Source of the DNA: an uncultured bacterium
GTDB lineage: Bacteria; Patescibacteriota; Minisyncoccia; CAIUEV01
Assembly: GCA_937952315.1 (NCBI GenBank)
Contig: CALFZX010000016.1
Location: 78,969-142,968 of the forward strand
DNA length: 64,000 nt
Direction of reading: 5' to 3'
Made by a program: the position numbers and the translations under genes
Part shown: piece by piece, positions 10,033-17,162 of the stretch
Position numbering within the stretch: the first letter of the stretch is position 1
How the letters are laid out: each line of letters begins with the position of its first letter
The notes under the pieces: model-generated
The model's database searches: none
What the model was told of the DNA's origin: nothing
What the model saw: only the letters and a program-made list of their open reading frames with translations

Positions 10033-11304
10033 ATGGAAAATAAAAAAATAAAGGTAATTACTGCCGATTGGGAAAGACCTGAAGCGTTTTTGCTTTCGGA
10101 CTATATTGTCGGCGGTGGTTTCTCCGTACTAAAAAAAATCATCAAAGGAGAAATTTCCGTCGCTGATGTGATCGAAGAATTGGAGCAGAGCGGATTAAGA
10201 GGGCGCGGGGGATCCGGCTTCCTCTTAGGGCTTAAATGGAAATTGGGACGGGAATATTCTCTGTCGGCCAAAAAATTTATTTTTCCGGCTCGATCCTCGG
10301 CCTATTTTATTTGTAATGCCGACGAGTCGGAGCCGGGAACTTATAAAGATCGTGCTATTTTGGAAAATAATCCCTATCCGGTTTTTGAGTCTATTATTGT
10401 CGGTTCTTATATTCTAGGAGCCAGCGAATCGTTTATTTATCTTAACGGGAACTACAAAGAAACGGCGGTTAAACTGAAGAAAACTATTTCGGAGCTAAAA
10501 AAGGCCGGCTGGTTGGGAAAAAATATTCAAGGAAGTGATTTTTCTTTAAAGATAAAGCTTTTTCAAGGAGCGGGTAGCTATGTCTGCGGAGAAGAGACGG
10601 CTTTAATCAACTCAATTGAAGGTAAAAGAGGCGAACCGAGGTTAAGACCTCCCTATCCGGTCGAGTCCGGTCTTTTCGGCCGTCCAACAGTGGTAAATAA
10701 TGTTGAAACATTAGCTAGCGTGCCATTCATTCTTCAGCACGGAGCGAGTAAATTTAAGAGTTTAAGCCGAAGCCAAGAAAGTTTTGGCACCAAGATCTTT
10801 TTACTGAACGGTCCGGTGAAAAAGCCAGGTCTTCATGAAGCGCCTCTGGGAATTACGATTAAAAAACTGATAGAGAAATTCGGAGGTGGCTTAAATACGA
10901 ATAAAAAAATAAAATTTGCTCAGGTTGGCGGATCCGGCGGGTCAATAATTATGCCTTCCGATTTTGATAAGCCGCTCGGTTTTTCCAAGGAGGAGATCCC
11001 GGCCGGTTCAGGTGCGATCCTCTTGGTTGAAGAAGGCTTCGATGTTCGAAAATTGATTTCTGCTTGGTCTGGTTTCTTTCGACGAGAATCGTGTGGCCAA
11101 TGTGTGCCTTGTCGAGAAGGGACTTATCAACTTTCGCTTTTGGCACAAAAATTGGCCAAAGGAAAACTCAATAAGAACGATCAAGAGAAGATTAAAGATA
11201 TTATTTTTACGATGGAAAGAGCTTCTTTTTGCGCCTTTGGAAATTTTGCGGTAAAGGGTTGGAAGGGAGTAATGGATAATTTAGTCGATGAGATTATCGA
11301 ATAA
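10033..11304 (+). CDS. NADH dehydrogenase 51-kDa flavoprotein subunit homolog (NuoF/HydB-like).
   Basis: GLRGRGGSGF, CNADESEPGTYKDR, the FMN site GAGSYVCGEETALINSIEG, and the [4Fe-4S] site ESCGQCVPCREG. No nuoE or nuoG partner is adjacent. Confidence 0.8.
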   Translation: MENKKIKVITADWERPEAFLLSDYIVGGGFSVLKKIIKGEISVADVIEELEQSGLRGRGGSGFLLGLKWKLGREYSLSAKKFIFPARSSAYFICNADESEPGTYKDRAILENNPYPVFESIIVGSYILGASESFIYLNGNYKETAVKLKKTISELKKAGWLGKNIQGSDFSLKIKLFQGAGSYVCGEETALINSIEGKRGEPRLRPPYPVESGLFGRPTVVNNVETLASVPFILQHGASKFKSLSRSQESFGTKIFLLNGPVKKPGLHEAPLGITIKKLIEKFGGGLNTNKKIKFAQVGGSGGSIIMPSDFDKPLGFSKEEIPAGSGAILLVEEGFDVRKLISAWSGFFRRESCGQCVPCREGTYQLSLLAQKLAKGKLNKNDQEKIKDIIFTMERASFCAFGNFAVKGWKGVMDNLVDEIIE

Positions 11305-11313
11305 AGTTTTAAG

Positions 11314-11766
11314 ATGGCAACACTATTAAGAAATAAAAGGGCTCTGTTTGACTATGAAATCCTGGAAACTTTTCGAGCCGGGATTTTTTTGGCGGGTAAA
11401 GAGGTCAAGTCGCTTAAAAACAAAAGAGGCAGACTGGAGGGATCGTATGCGCATATCCAGCGAGAAGAGCTTTATTTGATCAATTTTTCTATTCCGGTTT
11501 ATCAACCTAAGAATGTTCTAGGACAAGTGGAAAGTGATCGAACGCGAAAAATATTGCTCAGAAAAAAAGAAATAAAATCATTGATTGGAAAGATAAAAGA
11601 AAAGAAATTGACCCTCCTACCACTGAGAATTTTTACCGCCAAGGGAAAAATAAAAATTGAATTGGGATTGGGCAAAGGGAAAAGAAAAATTGACAAAAGA
11701 GAGACTATTAAGAAAAGAGAAAGCGACATTGAGATGGAAAGGGCAATGAAAAAATTAGCTTTTTAA
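11314..11766 (+). CDS. smpB: SsrA-binding protein SmpB.
   Basis: LFDYEILETFRAGIFLAGKEVKSLK...GSYAHI...LLLRKKEI. 150 aa with a basic C-terminal tail. Confidence 0.9.
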   Translation: MATLLRNKRALFDYEILETFRAGIFLAGKEVKSLKNKRGRLEGSYAHIQREELYLINFSIPVYQPKNVLGQVESDRTRKILLRKKEIKSLIGKIKEKKLTLLPLRIFTAKGKIKIELGLGKGKRKIDKRETIKKRESDIEMERAMKKLAF

Positions 11767-11788
11767 AGCAGTCCGGTTCACTTATTTT

Positions 11789-12928
11789 TTATTGTCTTTT
11801 ACATTTACCACCGGTGAAATTCTCTCCCGGCGGGCATTTGCACAAGCTACCGTCTTTAGTCCAATGACCTCCGGAATCTTCACACTTGGAGCGGGTTGTC
11901 ACCCCGCTATTATTTTTTTTGACAGGAGTGGAAGTCACCGGTTTTGTGGTTTTCGGTTGAGGAGCCGGTTCGTCTTCTTTTTTCACGGCAGAGCTTGTGG
12001 CTGTTTGATTATTAGTGTTTTCATTTTTTTCCGCTCCTACGGAAATAGATTCTTGATTGTCGAGATTGACATTTTGATTCTCGTTTTTAGTGTTGATATT
12101 GCTGTTTCCTTCTGGATTGGAATTTTCGTTAGCGGGATTGGCGTCTATCGGAGGAGTATCGGCAACTTCTACGGGTTCGGCCGGCTTATCTTCGGAGGAA
12201 GAAAAAGAATCCCTGAGAGGAGAAGTGAAATCTTTCTCTTCAAAAGCTACCACTTTTTTTTCTAACGGATTGATAATAATTTTTTCGTTCTCCCCCGCCT
12301 CTTGAGAACTCTTATCTTTATAGTTAACTTTCACCTTTCCTTTAAAAACATAAATCGTGCTATCTTTCTCCTCTACTTTAACAACTAAATCGGTTCCCAG
12401 GACGGAGATCTCGCCATCGCTTAAAATTATTTTAAAAGCTTTTCTTTTATCATTCTTTTCAACTAAATAGCGGACTTCTCCATCGGTTTGGGACCAAGAA
12501 ATTTCCCCTTGATTTTTAAGGAGAATCAGTCGGGCGAAATTACCCATAGTTATTGTGCTACCGTCATTGGAACTTATCTTAGCCTTTCCGTCGGCCAAAG
12601 TTCTCATTTCATAAGCGATTTTTCCTTCCAAGGGCAGTTTTTCCGGCTCCATCCATGAATTTTGGCTACTGTCTCTATACTCAAGCCCTCCCTCTTTTTC
12701 GGTAACTTTTACAGGGTATTCTTCCCCCAGAGAACTAAAATAAAAGCTAAGACCGAATCCGCCGGCGGCTAAAATAATCAAATACAAAAACCAACGAAGT
12801 GACTTTCGTTGATTCAAGGCCGTACGATTGTTGGTCTGATTTGGATAAGAATAGGGGCTATAAGCGTTAATCATTTTTAAGCTTTTAGAAAAAAATATAA
12901 AGCAATTAAGATTTTCCGCTTGTATCAA
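11789..12928 (-). CDS. Membrane-anchored protein with a FecR-like beta domain and a Cys-rich C-terminus.
   Basis: One TM helix after about 45 cytoplasmic residues. FecR-like strands (EISVLGTDLVVKVEEKDSTIYVFKGKVKV). A low-complexity N/E/Q-rich linker, and 4 Cys in the last 35 aa. Confidence 0.4.
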   Translation of the reverse strand: MIQAENLNCFIFFSKSLKMINAYSPYSYPNQTNNRTALNQRKSLRWFLYLIILAAGGFGLSFYFSSLGEEYPVKVTEKEGGLEYRDSSQNSWMEPEKLPLEGKIAYEMRTLADGKAKISSNDGSTITMGNFARLILLKNQGEISWSQTDGEVRYLVEKNDKRKAFKIILSDGEISVLGTDLVVKVEEKDSTIYVFKGKVKVNYKDKSSQEAGENEKIIINPLEKKVVAFEEKDFTSPLRDSFSSSEDKPAEPVEVADTPPIDANPANENSNPEGNSNINTKNENQNVNLDNQESISVGAEKNENTNNQTATSSAVKKEDEPAPQPKTTKPVTSTPVKKNNSGVTTRSKCEDSGGHWTKDGSLCKCPPGENFTGGKCKRQ

Positions 12929-13316
12929 GAGTCTCTGCCAAATTTTCTATTTCCGAAGCCGATAAGCCTTTTTTGACTACCATGACTAGATCGTCCTTTG
13001 AATTCTTTGAAATCTGAGCATTCTTGGGAAAAATTTTCTCAAGCCTTCTCCAAATATAAAGCTTGGGCTTAGAAAGATAAAGTAATACGCTACCGCAAAA
13101 AGCTACCAAGCTTTGGTTGTAGGGACGAACAAAAGCAAAAGACGCGGAAATCCCCATGATTATAATTCCGACAAAAACAAAAACCTGAAATTCGATCAGC
13201 TTCCAAAGAAGCAAGCAAATCCCTCCCCCACCGCCAAGCCAGCCAAGTTGCTTGACGGTAAGGGGGCCAACTATTCTATCTTCAATATCGACATCTTTGG
13301 GAACTTTGAATCTCAT
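12906..13316 (-). CDS. PrgI-family protein (Gram-positive conjugation/T4SS VirB3-like component).
   Basis: N-terminus MRFKVPKDVDIEDRIVGPLTVKQLGWLGGGG followed by two TM helices matches the PrgI-family signature (KVPxDV...IxGPLTxKQ). 136 aa. Confidence 0.55.
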   Translation of the reverse strand: MRFKVPKDVDIEDRIVGPLTVKQLGWLGGGGGICLLLWKLIEFQVFVFVGIIIMGISASFAFVRPYNQSLVAFCGSVLLYLSKPKLYIWRRLEKIFPKNAQISKNSKDDLVMVVKKGLSASEIENLAETLDTSGKS

Positions 13317-13368
13317 GGATTTTTTATTTTTAATTTTTGCTCATACTTGCTTGGCTCAAAAAGCTTTT

Positions 13369-14043
13369 CTACTGTTGAGGCTTGTTCTCTTCAGGGGCTT
13401 TGCCACTAGCTTGTTCCTGCTTGTATCTGGTTATGGCATCTGTTACTTTTGAATCGTTTTTAAGATCCTCGACAAAAACCACCTGATCTTTGTTGATCAT
13501 CATTCTGTCTTCCGGACCGTGGAGTTCATTGCCAAGCTTGACTAAGGAAAGCTCGGTTTTTTGTTCTTGCTGTTTAGCAGTGTTCGTGTTATCGTTATCG
13601 TTTCCTTCCGATTGTTGCAAAACCGGTTTAACTTGTAGGTAGTAGATGTCGGAGAGTCCAATGTAAGAAGGGTCATGAAAATCAATTCTACCGAAGTAGA
13701 CTTGACCGTTTGTTAAAAAAACAGCTTGATATTTTGCTGGGTCTATCTTCATTGAATCGTTGCCCGATCCGCCGGTGACAATCTTTTCTCTTTCGATTAT
13801 TCTTTCGCCACCAACTCCGTTCGTCCCCTTCATTTCTTTAACAATCATGAAGACGATACCGGCTACGACGGCCAAACCGATCAAAATTACCAAGCCCCAA
13901 AGAACGCCTTTTTTACCTTCACCGTTGGATCGAGAGCTTCTTCTGGGGGCAACATCCCAATCGTCATCTTCTCTCGGACGACGACTTTCTCCAGTTCTTT
14001 CCAGAAAGGAGTCAATCTTATGATCTTTTTCTTCGTTTCTCAT
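13369..14043 (-). CDS. Hypothetical single-pass membrane protein.
   Basis: The ORF track gives 13369..14145, but the likely start is the MRNEEKD Met at 14043, which avoids overlap with the upstream gene. TM helix VLWGLVILIGLAVVAGIVFMIV, followed by an extracytoplasmic domain. Confidence 0.4.
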   Translation of the reverse strand: MRNEEKDHKIDSFLERTGESRRPREDDDWDVAPRRSSRSNGEGKKGVLWGLVILIGLAVVAGIVFMIVKEMKGTNGVGGERIIEREKIVTGGSGNDSMKIDPAKYQAVFLTNGQVYFGRIDFHDPSYIGLSDIYYLQVKPVLQQSEGNDNDNTNTAKQQEQKTELSLVKLGNELHGPEDRMMINKDQVVFVEDLKNDSKVTDAITRYKQEQASGKAPEENKPQQ

Positions 14044-14129
14044 TTTTTTTGATTTTTTAATTATTAAAAATGAAAGAACTCTGATAAACATTTTAAGCGA
14101 TTTTTTTGAAAAACAAAATTTAGCTAATT

Positions 14130-14717
14130 TTATTCGATACAACAATCTATAGCTTTTCTTAGCAGTTCTCTTAATTTCAATTTAAATCCGACCGGTTTTT
14201 TATCGTGTTTATTTAGAGCCGAGGCGGGAATTTTTTTTATGGCAGTACCTTTTTGGGTATTTTCCGCCATTGTTTTCTTAATGTCATTTGTGCCGATGAG
14301 TTTCATATTTAAAGCCCAGAACATTCCGTAAAGATCGTAAGCCTTATGAAAAAGATCTCTCGCATCTTCTTTATTCCCCATCCCTTGCTGTTTGGTGCCT
14401 ACTTCCATCAAGCGCATGGAGGCGGCTAAAAGATGCTTAGAAATACACCAAACTTCACCTTCGTATTCTTTAATGATTTTTTTGAGCAATTCGCCTCTCA
14501 TTTTTCTAACTTCCTGCAATAAATCAAAATATTCGTCTTTGCCGGTTTTTTCAGCGGTAAAAAAGAAATGCTCCTCAATGCTGATTAGATTCATGATTGC
14601 AATACTCAAATCTTGATCGGAAGAAAGATCCATTTTATCTTTTTTCTTCATCTCGTCTATTCTTTCGACAAATTTATTTAAGTTCTCGATCGGTCCCTTT
14701 TTTATATTTTCATTCAT
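14130..14717 (-). CDS. Hypothetical cytoplasmic protein.
   Basis: 195-aa ORF, helical and charged, with no recognised motif. Confidence 0.35.
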   Translation of the reverse strand: MNENIKKGPIENLNKFVERIDEMKKKDKMDLSSDQDLSIAIMNLISIEEHFFFTAEKTGKDEYFDLLQEVRKMRGELLKKIIKEYEGEVWCISKHLLAASMRLMEVGTKQQGMGNKEDARDLFHKAYDLYGMFWALNMKLIGTNDIKKTMAENTQKGTAIKKIPASALNKHDKKPVGFKLKLRELLRKAIDCCIE

Positions 14718-14741
14718 GGAATTATTTTTTAGAGTAAAAAT

Positions 14742-16133
14742 TTATTCTTGAAGAGTAATGCCTAGTTCATCTAATTGATCGGGGACAACGACGGTTGGTC
14801 CGTCCATTAGGGGGTCTCTTCCCTCTCCTGTTTTGGGAAAAGCAATGGTTTCTCGAATATTCGGTTCATTTAGCAAGAGCATCATAATCCGGTCAAAGCC
14901 AAAGGCGATTCCCCCGTGAGGCGGAGTGCCCGATCCCAAAGCTTTGAGCATATGAGAAAAATTGTTTTCGATTTTTTCTTTTGAATAACCCATAATTTCA
15001 AAGACTTTTTGGAGAGCCTCGGGATTGTGGTTTCTTAATCCGCCGCCACCGATTTCATAGCCATTTAGAACAATATCGTACTGAGCTGCTTGAATATTTC
15101 CAATATTTTTCTTTTTGGCTAAGTCTTCCATCGAAGATTCTATCGGCGCGGAAAAGGGATTATGAGTGAAAGTCCAGCCGCCATCATCGTCTCTTTCAAA
15201 GAAAGGAAAATCGATTACCCAGCAAAAGGCTAAAAGGTCCGGGTCGGTTTTGTCTTCCCGTAAATCAGGTTTATCGGTCCCGTACTTCTTCATCGCTTCC
15301 TTAAAAGATAATCGGGGGAATGGCTCCGTTTGAATTTTTTTATTTGGAAAAACTGTCTTGACAAAAGCGATTAGCATATCTTCGCTAGTTTGCATTATTT
15401 TTTTTTGGTTTTCAAAACTTGTTTCTACATCAATTTGAGTGAATTCCGGCTGACGATCGCCTCTCGTGTCTTCGTCGCGGAAACAGCGAGCAATTTGAAA
15501 ATACTTTTCAAAACCGGCCGACATCAAGAACTGCTTATACTGTTGAGGTGATTGAGGCAAGGCGTAAAACTTTCCCGGGTCTATTCTTGCCGGCACTAAA
15601 AAATCTCTCGATCCTTCCGGTGTGGATTTGGTAAGACAAGGAGTTTCTATCTCGAGAAATCCGTTTTTCGAATAAAAATTCCTAACGAATTGCAAAGCTT
15701 CGTGTCTTTTAACCATATTATTTTTCATTCTTTCTCGGCGCAGATCAATATAGCGAAAACGCAAACGGATTTCCTCACTCACCTCTTTGCCGTCTCCCTC
15801 AACTTCAAAGGGGGGCGTTTCCGCTTTATTGAGAACGGATATTTGCAAAATTTCCAGTTCGATGTCACCGTTAAACTTGTCTTTCTGAACGGCTCTTTCC
15901 GGTCGAGGGTTGACTTTTCCTCTCACTTCCACTACCCATTCGGGGCGAACCTCCGAGCCTGTCGCATGCGCTTCATTGTTATTAGGCAAAATTACTCCTT
16001 GGACTTTGCCGGAGAAATCTCGAAAATCAAGAAAAATCAATTTTCCTTGATCTCTTCTAACATCGATCCAAGCGCTTATTTTTACTTCTTTCCCCAATGA
16101 TTCTTTAAGTTTTGCAATCGGAGTTCTTTCCAT
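14742..16133 (-). CDS. aspS: Aspartate--tRNA ligase (compact form lacking the GAD insertion).
   Basis: Class II motif 2 FRDEDTRGDRQPEFTQIDVE and motif 3 GGIAFGFDRIMMLL. QSPQQYKQFLMSAGFEKYFQIARCF matches bacterial AspRS. It is 463 aa, versus about 590 for typical bacterial AspRS. Confidence 0.85.
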   Translation of the reverse strand: MERTPIAKLKESLGKEVKISAWIDVRRDQGKLIFLDFRDFSGKVQGVILPNNNEAHATGSEVRPEWVVEVRGKVNPRPERAVQKDKFNGDIELEILQISVLNKAETPPFEVEGDGKEVSEEIRLRFRYIDLRRERMKNNMVKRHEALQFVRNFYSKNGFLEIETPCLTKSTPEGSRDFLVPARIDPGKFYALPQSPQQYKQFLMSAGFEKYFQIARCFRDEDTRGDRQPEFTQIDVETSFENQKKIMQTSEDMLIAFVKTVFPNKKIQTEPFPRLSFKEAMKKYGTDKPDLREDKTDPDLLAFCWVIDFPFFERDDDGGWTFTHNPFSAPIESSMEDLAKKKNIGNIQAAQYDIVLNGYEIGGGGLRNHNPEALQKVFEIMGYSKEKIENNFSHMLKALGSGTPPHGGIAFGFDRIMMLLLNEPNIRETIAFPKTGEGRDPLMDGPTVVVPDQLDELGITLQE

Positions 16134-16221
16134 ATCAAAAATATTTTAGTTCTTTAAAAGCTGGCAATAGGATAGCAAAAAGATAAAAATGTGGCAAAAA
16201 ATCAAAAAATACCAAAATCAC

Positions 16222-16250
16222 TTGACTTTTCTGTAATCTTTCCATAATGT
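16222..16250 (+). promoter_or_regulatory. Sigma-70-like promoter for the Ivy-like gene.
   Basis: TTGACT (16222-16227), a 17-nt spacer, then TAATGT (16245-16250). A GGAGA Shine-Dalgarno site lies before the ATG at 16302. Confidence 0.45.
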
Positions 16251-16301
16251 TTAGCGTTCAAGTACTTTGCAAAATCTATATCAAGGAAGGAGAATGCTAT
16301 C

Positions 16302-16775
16302 ATGATTAAAACATTTTTTGTGCCTCTGCTTATCGGTTTGGCGTTGAGCAATGTTTTCGGCGCCGGTCCGGAGACGATTCCGATGGACGGACTAAAAACA
16401 TTTTCGGCCCAGGCCGCCTATCGCGAGTATCTCCAAAGCCTCAATGAGACTTACGGAGAATATAATCATGAAACTCTAAAAAGGCACCCCGAGATAACGG
16501 ATTCTATTCTGAGGGTCAAGCCGGATTTTAAGAAAAAGGACATCGCCACGGCTTTCCCCAATGTTTTTTTTAAAACGAAGGATGGCCGAATGCTGCTGAT
16601 TTTGAGAGGATGTACGCCGCACGATTGTGCCGGCACCGTCCATATCATCGCCTATGACACTCTCGCTCGAAAAGCCTATGTTCTGAGGGAGAAGTATGAT
16701 CGCGAGGCAGTGCAAATTTATGGCACTCCCGATCAGACAGTCAGGCAGGTTATGATCAATGTTTATCTGGAATAG
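16302..16775 (+). CDS. Secreted Ivy-like protein (inhibitor of vertebrate lysozyme family).
   Basis: 157 aa with a signal peptide (MIKTFFVPLLIGLALSNVFGA). The RGCTPHDCAG loop matches the conserved CKPHDC lysozyme-inserting loop of Ivy proteins. GC content is visibly higher than in the flanks. Confidence 0.5.
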   Translation: MIKTFFVPLLIGLALSNVFGAGPETIPMDGLKTFSAQAAYREYLQSLNETYGEYNHETLKRHPEITDSILRVKPDFKKKDIATAFPNVFFKTKDGRMLLILRGCTPHDCAGTVHIIAYDTLARKAYVLREKYDREAVQIYGTPDQTVRQVMINVYLE

Positions 16776-16800
16776 TCGGCCATTTTCTCCCAAACAACAA

Positions 16801-16830
16801 AAGACTCCCTTGAACCAGGAGTCTTTTTAA
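16801..16830 (+). terminator. Rho-independent terminator after the Ivy-like gene.
   Basis: Stem AAGACTCC (16801-16808), loop cttgaacca, stem GGAGTCTT (16818-16825), then TTTTAAAT. Confidence 0.6.
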
Positions 16831-16833
16831 ATC

Positions 16834-16909
16834 TGGTCGGGATGCCGGGACTCGAACCCGGAGTCTCACGAACCCGAATCGTGCGCCTTACCAATTAGGC
16901 CACACCCCG
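16834..16909 (-). tRNA. tRNA-Pro (anticodon CGG).
   Basis: Hand-folded cloverleaf: acceptor CGGGGTG/CATCCCG, D-stem GCCT/AGGC, anticodon stem CACGA/TCGTG with loop TTCGGGT, T-arm CCGGG-TTCGAGT-CCCGG, and an encoded CCA end. Confidence 0.8.
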
Positions 16910-17162
16910 AGATAATTTTCAATTTTCAAACAGTGATTAATTTATTAATGTCTCAATTTTTCAAAAAAAATCAGATATTGATTCGTGTTTGAAAATTAAA
17001 AAATTAAATCATTGAAAATTGTTTAGAAATTAGAAATTGAAAATTAAAAATTATATTCCTCCACCAGCTTATTAAAGACTAAATAAAACAAAACCGTCAA
17101 CTCTACCCTCACTATCTTTCATCTTTCATCTTTCAACTTTTAATTTTTTAACTGTTCTCTCT

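Noticed and set aside
12000-12330. Low-complexity nucleotide repeats inside the 11789..12928 gene were considered as a possible repeat element.
   Set aside because: They are in-frame and encode an N/E/Q-rich linker of a membrane-anchored protein. They are not an independent element.
16910-17160. The AT-rich repeat-containing region was considered as a CRISPR array or a CRISPR leader.
   Set aside because: The repeats are only 7-9 bp and irregularly spaced, with no 24-40 bp direct repeats or unique spacers. No cas genes are present.
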